Positions 25,877 through 35,612 of a stretch of 58,364 bases of DNA are shown here, one piece after another (position 1 is the first letter of the stretch; every line of letters starts with the position of its first letter). Made by a program: the position numbers and the translations under genes. Below the pieces are notes generated by a model that was not told the origin of the DNA, searched no databases, and saw only the letters and a program-made list of their open reading frames with translations. Location of the stretch: positions 1-58,364 of the forward strand of contig NTJT01000005.1 of NCBI GenBank assembly GCA_002457605.1, in the 5' to 3' direction. This DNA is from Marine Group II euryarchaeote MED-G34. Lineage in GTDB: Archaea > Thermoplasmatota > Poseidoniia > Poseidoniales > Thalassarchaeaceae.

Positions 25877-26326
25877 ATGGCGGGCCATGCTGGACAAGAC
25901 ACGGTCGAGCGGCTCGGGAGCCGCGACCTCAATCTGGATGGGGAAATTATCAATCTCGCTATCGTTGGATCGAGTAGGTTCTATGACTTCATGGCCTTTG
26001 AGATAGCCGTTGAATCTTGGGTAGATGATAACGGCTATCCGGACATGATTATCGTTGGTGGTGCGAGCGGTGTCGATTACATGGCCGAGCGCTGGGCCGA
26101 CAACAACTCAGTTCCGATAGCTGTATTCGCTGAGGAGTGGAGTGACCCCAATAGAAGTCTAGTTGACAGGGGCAGAGCCGAGGCCGCTAACACCCTGACC
26201 GAGAAGATTCTGAGTGGGGCCTCGCATATCCTAGCAATGCCATCTCCAACTAGCAAATGGACGAGAATAGTGATTGAACAGGCAGCTTCCAGGGGCATCC
26301 CCACGGATGTTCATGAAGTGGAATGA
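25877..26326 (+). CDS. SLOG-superfamily (YspA/DUF2493-like) protein
   Basis: LAIVGSSRFYD, IIVGGASGVDYMAERWA, SKWTR..IEQA..RGIP pattern. Confidence 0.75.
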   Translation: MAGHAGQDTVERLGSRDLNLDGEIINLAIVGSSRFYDFMAFEIAVESWVDDNGYPDMIIVGGASGVDYMAERWADNNSVPIAVFAEEWSDPNRSLVDRGRAEAANTLTEKILSGASHILAMPSPTSKWTRIVIEQAASRGIPTDVHEVE

Positions 26327-26327
26327 T

Positions 26328-26405
26328 TGGTGCTCCTGTCGGGATTCGAACCCGAGTCGCCGGGATGAAAACCCGGAATGATGGGCCGTGCTACACCACA
26401 GGAGC
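26328..26405 (-). tRNA. tRNA-Glu(TTC)
   Basis: Reverse complement GCTCCTGTGGTGTAG...CCGGG-TTTTCAT-CCCGG...GGTTCGAATCC...CAGGAGCACCA. Confidence 0.95.
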
Positions 26406-26443
26406 GACGAGGTGACGACAGACGTCCCCCCCATAACGATTCG

Positions 26444-29422
26444 TCACGGAGGGTTGCCCGATCCCGCGGTGGTGATGGTTTGCGATTCGGGCGTGCCGTC
26501 CTGGTCGGAATCTATGGTGATGACCGTGACGATGAGGCCTTGGGATGTGCCGGCGACGTAGTCAATTTGGAATCCGATCCAAGTGCTGTTGGTGTGGTAA
26601 GCATGTCCCTGAGGACTGATGTTCCACTCAAATACGGAGTGTGAGAGATAGCCTTCCTGCAGTACCTCGATGCTACCGGTGGAAGAGAGCGAGAGGTTTC
26701 TCGCATGCCAGATGTTGTTATTGGCCGCGGAAGTCACGTTGCCGTCAGCGTTGTCGTCCCTCTGCCCCATGTAGTGACGGTGGAACACCCTACGGTTGAG
26801 GAAGTCGTCGTTGTTGGTGTCAGTTGCCTGCCAGGTCCGACTTAGATAGTGGTAGGTATCAGGACTGCCATCTGAGTTGTTATCCCACGCTGTCAAGGTG
26901 GCCACTCCGATACGGATGGTATGCGGCTGCTGCCATGAGTTGCGCCATATCTCCATCGAACGCGTCTCCTCGGAGACATACGTCCATCCGTGGGCGTGCT
27001 CATCGAGGTACAACGTCTCCCTAACCCGTCTGAAGACATGCTCCTCAGAGCCGTCCTCATTGGGGTCCCACCATGTCAGGGTAGCAGTGTATGACTCGCG
27101 CTGCTCTAGGTGGTGGTCGAAGTCCCAGTCGGTCGCATTGGACATGTGTATGATTCTCTGCTTCCACTCAAGCATCCCATCCGCATCGTCATCGACCATG
27201 CGAGTCAGTGCGAACCGGTGGATGTGGTGCTCCACCATCCCCCAGTCCCAGTGCTGGTGCCAGCCTCGCATTCGGGCGGTGTAGTCAAGGTCGCCGTCGT
27301 GGTCAGTGTCGACCTTGAGGACCCCTGCTCGCCATGTCCACTGCAATTCGATGATGCCGTTGGAGTCGTTGTCGAACTGAGCGGTGTTCTGCTGAAGCGC
27401 GCGGACCACATCGACATTGCCGTCTGAGTTAGTGTCCCTAACTACAACTGCTCGCAGGTTGTCACGATGGCGGTCGGCATTGCCGTCCTCAGTAGGGTCC
27501 CATATCCACGAAGTGTGGTCGATTGCCATCCAGCGCTCTGGCGTGCCGTCATCGTTGCCATCGATGCGATGGATGAGTCGAGAGTGCGAGAAGTAGGCGG
27601 TCAGGACCGAGCCGATGCCCTGATCGACCATCCTCTGGTCCCGATTCAGGATAACCCTGCGCTCCAGATTGCCATCTTGGTCGGCATCGGTCCGGGCATG
27701 AACGAACAGGTGTATGTTGACATCCTCATAGGTGCCATTGTCCCAAGTCCACACGGTCCTGGTCAGGACGTCGTGTCGCTCGGGTATACCATCTGAGTTC
27801 TGATCGACGAGGTCCATCCCCCTGAAGCGTGTGAAAAAGAGGTCATCTTGCCCGTCGCCGTCGCGGTCGTGCGAGCATTGGGTGTTGCGAACTAGGATGA
27901 TGCGTTCGGGACCTGGGATGCCGTCCGAGTCAAACCAGAACACGCCTACCGTCCTGTGGCAGAGGGTCTCTGCGACCCCGTCGTTATCCCAGTCCTCCCA
28001 GAAGCTATCGTTCCACCACGTGGCCGTTACTTGCGAGATGGAACGCGAGTAGGTCTGCTCTTGCATAGAGGAGTCGTCGATTTCCCCCCATGCCTCGTCG
28101 AACACGGGTTCGACTATCTCAGTCCTCGCTGCGTTTTCGAGAGGGTTTGGGACGAGTTCGTCCTCAGAGGGAGCCTCGTCCTCGTTGACGACGCTGCTCT
28201 GAATCATCAGGGGGTCACTCGGGATGGTGTCGGTCTCTTCCTCGTCGCCAACCTCGTCGCGCACTGATTCCTCATCGGTAGTCACCCAGTCATCGACCTC
28301 TTGGTCATCATCGTAGTATCCATCTCCATCTGGGTCGAAATCAGACTGCCAATCATACTCAGAGTCGCTCTGGGCCTCGGTAACCTCGTCGACATTACCA
28401 TCGCCGTCAGCGTCGAGCCCTTGCTCGACTTCGTTTTCCAACTGCTCCTCGGCCTCGCCCTCCAATTCATCCTGGAGCTGCGCAGCCTCTAGATCGTCGG
28501 CGACTGAAACCACTTCGACGTGGAACACGCGCTCAGTGGTAATTCCAGTGGGCCCTGTGGCAGTCACACGGACCACGTAGATTCCTTCTTCGGAGTACTG
28601 ATGCGATTCATCGGCCATAGCCGGGTCGGATGTGGAGTCGTCGCCCCAGTCGATCGAGACAGAGGTTGGCCCTAATGGATCCTCTGCTACAGTGGCGATG
28701 CTGAGTTCACCGGCCAGATTGAGGTGTATGCGCCCCTGAGGGGAGGGATTGGTTGAGACGGTGAGCAATGGGGCGTTCGCGTCGTCTATTCTTATCGATT
28801 CCTGCACAGTGGCTAGGAAGCCCGAGGTGTCCGTGACCGATACACGGACCGAGTAGGTTCCCGGCTCACCCCAAATATGCTGACCAGCGAGGTCGCGCAG
28901 AGTGGCACCATCTGAGAAGTCCACCTCTACCACTAGATTGTCGCCATCAGGATCGGTAGCGTCCACGGACCAAGCAATGGGGACTCCTGCAATGCCCTCG
29001 GAAGGAAGTTCAAGTGAGACAGTAGGCGCCCTGTTAGGCTCAATCAGTGTGAATATGACCGCTGACACAGTAGAAGCACCCATTGAATCAGTCAACTCTA
29101 CCTCAATGGTGTGAGTCCCAACTGAGAGGAATCCCGCATCGTAGGCCAAGCTGTTGGATGTCTGGACGAGTACACCATCGAGGCGCCAGTTGGCGATGAA
29201 AGGGGCGGTTCCTTCCTCAATGACAGCGTTTGCGATGATCAGATCGCTTGCCGAGGTCGGTGAGCCTTCGATAGTCACACTTGCAGTCACTACCGACGGC
29301 TCTGGCTGCTCAACAATCTCATCGGTGGCACCCAAGCATCCAGAACCCAGCATCAGGGCAACTAGGAAAAGACCAGTATGGATTCGGTGACGGTTGTTTC
29401 TTTCTCGGTAAGTCCTGTACAT
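26444..29422 (-). CDS. Large lipoprotein: PKD/Ig domains, acidic linker and long DxDxDG beta-hairpin repeat domain
   Basis: Lipobox GSGC; PKD motifs VDFSDG..HIWGEPGTYSV and IDWGDD..HQYSEEGIYVV; about 25 repeats of ~21 aa in the C-terminal half. Confidence 0.8.
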   Translation of the reverse strand: MYRTYRERNNRHRIHTGLFLVALMLGSGCLGATDEIVEQPEPSVVTASVTIEGSPTSASDLIIANAVIEEGTAPFIANWRLDGVLVQTSNSLAYDAGFLSVGTHTIEVELTDSMGASTVSAVIFTLIEPNRAPTVSLELPSEGIAGVPIAWSVDATDPDGDNLVVEVDFSDGATLRDLAGQHIWGEPGTYSVRVSVTDTSGFLATVQESIRIDDANAPLLTVSTNPSPQGRIHLNLAGELSIATVAEDPLGPTSVSIDWGDDSTSDPAMADESHQYSEEGIYVVRVTATGPTGITTERVFHVEVVSVADDLEAAQLQDELEGEAEEQLENEVEQGLDADGDGNVDEVTEAQSDSEYDWQSDFDPDGDGYYDDDQEVDDWVTTDEESVRDEVGDEEETDTIPSDPLMIQSSVVNEDEAPSEDELVPNPLENAARTEIVEPVFDEAWGEIDDSSMQEQTYSRSISQVTATWWNDSFWEDWDNDGVAETLCHRTVGVFWFDSDGIPGPERIILVRNTQCSHDRDGDGQDDLFFTRFRGMDLVDQNSDGIPERHDVLTRTVWTWDNGTYEDVNIHLFVHARTDADQDGNLERRVILNRDQRMVDQGIGSVLTAYFSHSRLIHRIDGNDDGTPERWMAIDHTSWIWDPTEDGNADRHRDNLRAVVVRDTNSDGNVDVVRALQQNTAQFDNDSNGIIELQWTWRAGVLKVDTDHDGDLDYTARMRGWHQHWDWGMVEHHIHRFALTRMVDDDADGMLEWKQRIIHMSNATDWDFDHHLEQRESYTATLTWWDPNEDGSEEHVFRRVRETLYLDEHAHGWTYVSEETRSMEIWRNSWQQPHTIRIGVATLTAWDNNSDGSPDTYHYLSRTWQATDTNNDDFLNRRVFHRHYMGQRDDNADGNVTSAANNNIWHARNLSLSSTGSIEVLQEGYLSHSVFEWNISPQGHAYHTNSTWIGFQIDYVAGTSQGLIVTVITIDSDQDGTPESQTITTAGSGNPP

Positions 29423-29474
29423 CAATCAGAGGGCGCCTCTTTCCACCTTAAAGGAAAGTGGGTCATTGGATTTG

Positions 29475-30467
29475 TCAAAGCCTCGAAGAGAGAGGTTCTA
29501 CGAGCGTCGACCATAGCCTCATACCCTCTTCTGTAAGCTGTCGATTGGTGCGCAATCCACTCCTTTTGCGGGTGATTAGTCCCTGCGATTCAAGTCTCTT
29601 CAGGTGGTGTCCCACCAGTTGCTGACTAGTCTCAAGTCTCGATGCTAATTCCCTCTGTGTCGGGGAGGGTTGTCCATCCTCTTGCTCGGCTATCGAGCGA
29701 AGCACCATCAGAGCCACATCACTGAGTTGATTGGCATCGACCGGACGAGGCAGGTTGGATAACTCTGCGGCGCGGTCGACTGCCGAAGTATAGTAACGCA
29801 GTAGACGACCGTCGCGCCTGCACCAGACACGGCCCTCGTTCTCGAGAATTCTGAGATGGTGCACTGCCTGATGATTACCCATCTCAAGAGCACGAATTAT
29901 GCCAGAGAGGTGGCAGCCGGGATGTGCAGTAAGAAAGCCCTCGAGTCGCCCTCTCTGGTAGGTTCCGGCCAGTGTGCCGGAACCCTCAGTGACCCTGAGT
30001 TGCGAGAAGCGGCCCATGGACCTAACCATCTTCGCCCTTGTCGGCTCATCTCCCGCTGAAACCAAAGCGAGAGAGAAAAGGATGACTGCGAGGAATGCGG
30101 AGAAATATGGAACGACTGGCAGTGAGAAATCTAGGATCGTTTCTCTACCTTGGGAATCAGGGGTTTCCGGCTGGAATTCTTGCTGACCATATGAGAGGAT
30201 TCCATTGATGGACCATGTCCCGGCCGTCGAACCGCTCACTGAAACACCTACCAACTCTCCCATGACAGGGCTGAGGAACAGTCCTGCCTCAGGATGTGGT
30301 TCGTGCAGCAGGCCCTGAGAGTCCTCCAGCATCCACACACCAGGTGATGTTCGCACCCAGGTGGCCTCCTGATCTGCGGCAACGGAGGGAGCGGAAACAA
30401 TGAGCAGGGTAGTCAGCACTGCAATGATGGAAACCGTGCGTGTTGCACACGCTGGCGCCCTTGCCAT
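29475..30467 (-). CDS. Membrane-anchored tandem winged-HTH transcriptional regulator
   Basis: Signal peptide (PSVAA|D), small extracellular domain, TM, then HPGCHLSGIIRALEMGNHQAVHHLRILE and PTQRELASRLETSQQLVGHHLKRLE. Confidence 0.85.
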   Translation of the reverse strand: MARAPACATRTVSIIAVLTTLLIVSAPSVAADQEATWVRTSPGVWMLEDSQGLLHEPHPEAGLFLSPVMGELVGVSVSGSTAGTWSINGILSYGQQEFQPETPDSQGRETILDFSLPVVPYFSAFLAVILFSLALVSAGDEPTRAKMVRSMGRFSQLRVTEGSGTLAGTYQRGRLEGFLTAHPGCHLSGIIRALEMGNHQAVHHLRILENEGRVWCRRDGRLLRYYTSAVDRAAELSNLPRPVDANQLSDVALMVLRSIAEQEDGQPSPTQRELASRLETSQQLVGHHLKRLESQGLITRKRSGLRTNRQLTEEGMRLWSTLVEPLSSRL

Positions 30468-30518
30468 GCGAAATCGGAGATGCTTGCAGGGGTTAAGGGT
30501 CGTGGGTTGTCGCGTTTG

Positions 30519-31124
30519 TCAGGAGTCGTTCTCGCTGTCAACTGCTTCCGCTAGTCCTGTCCACCAGCCTATCAAAGGCAAAATCAGCAACAGTCCCAAT
30601 AATCCACCGACCAACCAGGCTAACGGGTTCTCAATTAGACTGAGAAACTCGTCACCCCAAATCCCAAGCACTATTCCCTCCATACCGAACCTTATGCCTC
30701 GACCGAAGAGACCCGCTGCGATGAACAGCCTGAGGTCCATCCTACCAGCCCCCGCTGCCCAAGCCAGAGCCTTGTAAGGAATTGGGGAGACTGCTGCGAG
30801 GAAGATACCAGCAGACCCGTATCTAATCATCAGGGCATCGAGTCTGGTAACTGTAGCATCGCTGGCGAAACGCTCGAGTATCGGTCTACCAGCATAGGCA
30901 CCGATTCCATATCCCCCTACTGCTCCAACTACGCTAGATAAGGTAGCCACTAGGACAATGGCTAGGATATCGAGAGAGCTATCGGCCCCGAGGACCATAG
31001 GGATGACCAGCAAGTCAGGAGGTGCTGGTTGGAAGGCTGCTTCAGAGGCCGAAACAACGGCCAGGCCAAGTAGGCCCCATTCGCCCGCCCAATCGATTAT
31101 CGAGCTTACAACACCCTCTAACAC
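30519..31124 (-). CDS. YqaA/DedA (VTT-domain) membrane protein
   Basis: SEAAFQPAPPDLL, SVVGAVGGYGIG, SPIPYK, GRGIRF. Confidence 0.88.
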   Translation of the reverse strand: MLEGVVSSIIDWAGEWGLLGLAVVSASEAAFQPAPPDLLVIPMVLGADSSLDILAIVLVATLSSVVGAVGGYGIGAYAGRPILERFASDATVTRLDALMIRYGSAGIFLAAVSPIPYKALAWAAGAGRMDLRLFIAAGLFGRGIRFGMEGIVLGIWGDEFLSLIENPLAWLVGGLLGLLLILPLIGWWTGLAEAVDSENDS

Positions 31125-31223
31125 GTACCCTCGTCCCTCCTTTTCGGGATGAACGTTGCTTCCCGTGGTCACCGACTAGGCGCGGAGGCGACCCCTGAAA
31201 GCGCAGCCAGCCTCCGCCTGAGC

Positions 31224-31721
31224 ATGGCGGCGGGTGAGGTCTTAGACACCGCTGCGCTAATCGCGTGGCCCCTGGAGAGGATGCGTGGCAGCCTTGTTGT
31301 CCATTCCCAGAGAGCAGAGCTCTCCCGAATATCGCCTGATCGTGAGATTATACTCGACGCAGCAGGGCTAGAATGGGCATCTCCGAGTTCTTCTGCGATT
31401 ACTCGAGCCAGTGACCTAGCCACTGCCACAGGAGACATGGCTGGCCTATCACCTGTCGACCTCGAATTGCTGGCGCTGACCATCGAGAGGACCGCAACTC
31501 TGGCAACCGACGATTACAGGCTGCAGAATTTGTGTGAGTTAGGAGGGGTGCCTTGGCTCTCTGTGACCATGGAAGGAATAAGCTCACTTTGGTCCTGGGA
31601 ATTGCGCTGTACGGGATGCGGGGCGGTTTTTCCCTCTCCCGGCACACCTAGTTCTCATCGAGAGTTGGGAACCTGTTCTGATTGCGGTTCCATTCTCAAA
31701 CTGAGTCGCAAGAGGGACTGA
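31224..31721 (+). CDS. nob1: Nob1-family PIN endoribonuclease (rRNA maturation)
   Basis: VLDTAALI, TGD..GLSPVD, LATDDYRLQN, Zn ribbon CTGCG...CSDCG. Confidence 0.88.
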   Translation: MAAGEVLDTAALIAWPLERMRGSLVVHSQRAELSRISPDREIILDAAGLEWASPSSSAITRASDLATATGDMAGLSPVDLELLALTIERTATLATDDYRLQNLCELGGVPWLSVTMEGISSLWSWELRCTGCGAVFPSPGTPSSHRELGTCSDCGSILKLSRKRD

Positions 31722-31931
31722 TTATTCAGCCTCGTCAGCGACATCCTCAGTCATACCGCCTCTGTCCATGTCGCGCTCGGCTTCTGATGGGCTTCTGACC
31801 TCATTAACTGCCATTTCATACTCGCCCTTAGCCAATCCAAGACTGCGGGCCAACTCTGGTATCCTCTTAGCGCCGAAGAATAGTACTGCGATTCCAATCA
31901 GAAACGCCATCTCTGTGGGTCCTATTGCCAT
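31722..31931 (-). CDS. tatA: Twin-arginine translocase TatA
   Basis: IGPTEM...LFFGAKRIPELARSLG..KGE. Confidence 0.92.
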   Translation of the reverse strand: MAIGPTEMAFLIGIAVLFFGAKRIPELARSLGLAKGEYEMAVNEVRSPSEAERDMDRGGMTEDVADEAE

Positions 31932-31986
31932 GCTATCGCCCCTAGGTGAGAGTGTTCTCGTTCAAATGCTTCGGCTCAGTAGTCCA

Positions 31987-32244
31987 TCAACCGCCAGAAA
32001 CAGGAGGAAGGAAGGCTATCTCAGAAGAGTCGGCTAGTGGGGCATCGAGAGATGCCCCTATCTGGCCGTCGATTGCCACTCTGAGGCCCGAATCGAGGTA
32101 TTCCGAGAGTTCGAACCTGTCAATTAGTTGCTCAGCGGTGGTCCCAAACTTGAGTGCGACCTCAATCTCACGTTCGCCCAGTCTCTCGGCTAGAGGTCCG
32201 AAGAACAGCATTCTAACCTTGACGGCCTTCTCTGTGTCGGTCAC
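31987..32244 (-). CDS. MoaD/SAMP1-like ubiquitin-like protein
   Basis: Beta-grasp pattern VRMLFFG, C-terminal EIAFLPPVSGG. Confidence 0.9.
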   Translation of the reverse strand: MTDTEKAVKVRMLFFGPLAERLGEREIEVALKFGTTAEQLIDRFELSEYLDSGLRVAIDGQIGASLDAPLADSSEIAFLPPVSGG

Positions 32245-32321
32245 GGGCCACCGAACTCAGCGGCTCCCATCAACCCATCTCCCTCGCAGGGACTATACCG
32301 CCCGCGCACCGCGAAGGGACG

Positions 32322-33014
32322 ATGAGCGAACTCGGGGCCGTGGTCTTCGACTGCGATGGTGTACTCACTGACAACGGCTCCTCTTGGCAGAACATTCACG
32401 ATTACTTCGGGACTGAAAACCTTGAGACACTGGAGCGTTTCCTCAATCGTGAAATCAGCGATGATGAGTTCATGGCAGAAGACATACGCCTGTGGACAGC
32501 GGTGCAGTCCCGCATCCATCGTGACGATATCATGCGATGCTATTCTGGCATCACCCTGATGACAGGGGCACGTGATGTCGTGCGCGAGCTGCAGGAGAGG
32601 GGGGTTTTCGTGGCCATAGTCTCCGCAGGCGTAGATGTCTTCGTCGCGAGCATAGCATCGATGCTCAAGGTCGATGACTGGATCGCCAATGGCTTCGACT
32701 GGGATGACGACGGTTGGCTGCGTGGTCCCGCGCCCTCACTCGTCAACTCGCACGAGAAGGGTTTGTTGGTAGAGAAAATAGCTAGGATCGAAGGGATTGA
32801 TCCGTCGGGAATCGTCTCAGTTGGAGATTCCAGCACGGACTTGTCGATGATGATACCTGGCTCTAGGTTCATCGGCTTCAACCCTGCCCGGCAGAGGGCT
32901 GTGGATGCCTTCAGAGAGGCAGGCGTACCGATAGTGGAAGGCGATGATCTGCGTGACCTATGGCGGCATCTGTATGGCGGCGAGGACTTTCCCGATTCAG
33001 GCGAAAGGGATTGA
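32322..33014 (+). CDS. HAD-IB family phosphatase (phosphoserine phosphatase-like)
   Basis: FDCDGVL, IVSAG, K, VGDSSTDLSM. Confidence 0.88.
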   Translation: MSELGAVVFDCDGVLTDNGSSWQNIHDYFGTENLETLERFLNREISDDEFMAEDIRLWTAVQSRIHRDDIMRCYSGITLMTGARDVVRELQERGVFVAIVSAGVDVFVASIASMLKVDDWIANGFDWDDDGWLRGPAPSLVNSHEKGLLVEKIARIEGIDPSGIVSVGDSSTDLSMMIPGSRFIGFNPARQRAVDAFREAGVPIVEGDDLRDLWRHLYGGEDFPDSGERD

Positions 33015-34619
33015 GGCCGTGGCGTGCGTGTGTAAATTAACGATTGTCAGGATGCAAGGCTTGGGCTGGAACCCCAACATACGTTGGTAGTCGGTCTGAT
33101 CTTGCCAGGTCGAACTGTGTACCATCGTGGTTCCTTTGTGGTTGCCGACGTAGTGCCCATGCACGTGACCAGTCACGAAGATATCGGGGACAGTAGAAAT
33201 AACCATTCGATCCTCTGGCTCAGGAGAAAGCGGGGTCTTTCCGCCCCATGACGGAGCTAGGTGCCTGCGCTCCATCATTGCTCTCATCGCCAATTCAGGA
33301 GATGAGTAAGTCACAGAGCGAAGACCTGCAACGAAGTCGTCGATGCTCTTGCCATGGTACGACAGTATACGAACGCCGTGCAGACTGAAGTCGCACGGAT
33401 TACCCACGAACACTGCGTCCGAGTAGTCCTGTTGGACCTCTGGGTCCAACGCTGGTTGCGGCTCGGCCGGACGAACAGCGTCATGGTTGCCCGGCAGAAT
33501 CATCAAATCGACCCAATCGGGCAGATTCTCCAGCAGCCTTGCCAGCTCGCCGTATTGGTTGAACAGGTCCTTGATGGCGAGGTGTCGCTCCTGGCCCGGG
33601 TAGATACCTACGCCGTCGACACCGTCTCCGCTCAGTACAAAATACTTCACAGTCCGAGCTAGAGGGTCATTTCTGAACCACTCAATCATCTTCTCCCATT
33701 GTGGTGCTAGGAAGGTCTTACTACCGACATGGACATCAGACAGGAAAGCAGCCGAGACGGCCTCAGCCTCGCTGGCAGCGGACTTGGAATGCCTCCCTAA
33801 TGGTGGCATGTGGATGTCGCTCACCGAGAAATATGGGTCCCTGTTCCCTATCACGAAGTGACCACTAACTCCGACTACATCGTCGTTCATCAGACCGTCA
33901 ATTGAAGGGTGGAAATTAGATGCTCCAGAGGGTTCCTTGAGCATACACCTAATCTGCATCGAGTCGTCTTCGATATCGAACCACAGATAGCCTCCTTTGG
34001 ACCATCTATCCACGCTGACAAGACCAACCAAAGTGACTTCGTAGTCACGACTTGAGTGACGTTGCCTGTTGCGCCACGCCTCCGAGACACTGATGGGGCG
34101 GCGCGGCAGAGCTCTGCCTGAGATCATCATCTGGCGAATCTGGCGCAACCTGTCGGAGAAGCACGACCTTATGTCGTTCATCTTGCCCTCTGTAGTCGAG
34201 CGGCCCGTGATATCGAAGTGAATCTCAATCTCCGAGTCGACATCTTTGGCCTGCATTGGGAAGTCGTCGAGACTGTAGTCATCGAGGCCGTGGCGACGCA
34301 CCGGGGGGGCGAGCACTTGGGGCCCTACGGGTGCAAGTGTTCGGCCGATAGCAGATTGACTCTCCGGATCCGGCAGAGTTGCTTGTTCAGACCTCGGGGT
34401 GCCCGGAGGTGCATCGATTACCTCCTCAGTCGGAACCAGTGTCAGCATCTCTTCCACGGTCCTCTCACTGAGCATCACCACATTCGATCTCTGGGCGGCT
34501 TCGATTAGGGATGATATGTCAGGGAGACTCTGAATCCTCTCTTGAGCCGCCTTACCGAGCACGAGCAGCCCCGCAGCGGTCAGTTGACGCTGTCGATTCG
34601 CCCATTCCTCATCGACCAT
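32997..34619 (-). CDS. polB: DNA polymerase D small (proofreading) subunit DP1
   Basis: OB fold plus phosphoesterase motifs SDVHVGS, GDGVDGVGIYPGQ, PGNHD, YHGKSIDD, RRHLAP, TGHVH. Confidence 0.95.
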   Translation of the reverse strand: MVDEEWANRQRQLTAAGLLVLGKAAQERIQSLPDISSLIEAAQRSNVVMLSERTVEEMLTLVPTEEVIDAPPGTPRSEQATLPDPESQSAIGRTLAPVGPQVLAPPVRRHGLDDYSLDDFPMQAKDVDSEIEIHFDITGRSTTEGKMNDIRSCFSDRLRQIRQMMISGRALPRRPISVSEAWRNRQRHSSRDYEVTLVGLVSVDRWSKGGYLWFDIEDDSMQIRCMLKEPSGASNFHPSIDGLMNDDVVGVSGHFVIGNRDPYFSVSDIHMPPLGRHSKSAASEAEAVSAAFLSDVHVGSKTFLAPQWEKMIEWFRNDPLARTVKYFVLSGDGVDGVGIYPGQERHLAIKDLFNQYGELARLLENLPDWVDLMILPGNHDAVRPAEPQPALDPEVQQDYSDAVFVGNPCDFSLHGVRILSYHGKSIDDFVAGLRSVTYSSPELAMRAMMERRHLAPSWGGKTPLSPEPEDRMVISTVPDIFVTGHVHGHYVGNHKGTTMVHSSTWQDQTDYQRMLGFQPKPCILTIVNLHTHATASIPFA

Positions 34620-34691
34620 CCTCAGCGGGTGTGCCGGGGACGCTCATGATAATATCGCAGGAATTCCAGAGACGGTGCCTTAGGCACCGAT

Positions 34692-35381
34692 TCAGTCTTC
34701 CCAATCTGTAAGGGAAGCGAGGTCGACCTCGGAGATCTCCTCGGCCACAGTCTTCTTGGTGCCCTGCCAACTCATGCTGCCTTCCCACTCTTCGTCAGAC
34801 GGATCCAGCCCGGAAGTGTCTATCTCAGCACTCTCGGCCTGTGCACTTATTGCTTCGGGTTCCGTGTCTTCACTCCCTTCCACTCTGTCCAAAGTCTCAA
34901 GGGCCAGTCTAAGTGCAAAGGCTGCGAAAGAACGTTTGTTGTCTAGTCGGTCGTTATCGCCGTAGTCCATCCTCCTAACTAGGAAGTAATCCTCTGTGAC
35001 CACTGCCACGTGCACTCTGCCAATCTCCTTGTCAGCAGTTGCGCCCCCTGGTCCAGCGATTCCGGTGATGGATATAGCCACGTCAGAGCCTGACTGATAG
35101 CGCGCGCCCTGGGCCATCTGCACTGCAACCTCGTGCGATACAGCTCCTGCCTCACCCTCATCAAACGCAGACTTATCGACGCCGAGCTCGCGCATCTTGG
35201 ACTCATTAGAGTATACTACCCATCCCTGCTTGAACCACTCAGACGCCCCGGAGATATCAGTAATCAAAGAAGCCAGCAGCCCTCCTGTGCAGGACTCGGC
35301 AGTTGATACGGTCCAACCTCGCTTGCGGAGTCGGCGGGTCACTCGGGAGGCCAGTCCCGCTGTCTCTTCGACCACGTTCAC
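34692..35381 (-). CDS. CinA C-terminal / NMN deamidase (PncC) family protein with acidic tail
   Basis: TAESCTGG, YSNESK, GAVSHEVA.QMA, SITGIAGPGG. Confidence 0.9.
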   Translation of the reverse strand: MNVVEETAGLASRVTRRLRKRGWTVSTAESCTGGLLASLITDISGASEWFKQGWVVYSNESKMRELGVDKSAFDEGEAGAVSHEVAVQMAQGARYQSGSDVAISITGIAGPGGATADKEIGRVHVAVVTEDYFLVRRMDYGDNDRLDNKRSFAAFALRLALETLDRVEGSEDTEPEAISAQAESAEIDTSGLDPSDEEWEGSMSWQGTKKTVAEEISEVDLASLTDWED

Positions 35382-35477
35382 CGGCCATGGCCGACACTCT
35401 TGAGAGTTTCACTCACGCCTCGGAGCAGAATAGAGACCCAGTAGGGCGATTTACAGTGCCTGACGTCGTTTTACGCT

Positions 35478-35553
35478 TGGTGGGTCCGGCAGGAATTGAA
35501 CCTGCGATCTTCGCTTTGTAAGAGCGACGTCATAACCCCTAGACCACGGACCC
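35478..35553 (-). tRNA. tRNA-Val(TAC)
   Basis: Reverse complement GGGTCCGTGGTCTAG...TCGCT-CTTACAA-AGCGA...GGTTCAATTCC...CGGACCCACCA. Confidence 0.95.
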
Positions 35554-35612
35554 TAGGAGAGCGCACAAGCGTTGTGTTCAAATCCTCTGCGGCTGAATGA
35601 CAGTACAGAGGA

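Noticed and set aside
26328-30467. Integrated mobile element at tRNA-Glu or any other tRNA
   Set aside because: No integrase, transposase or duplicated tRNA 3' end was found by eye.
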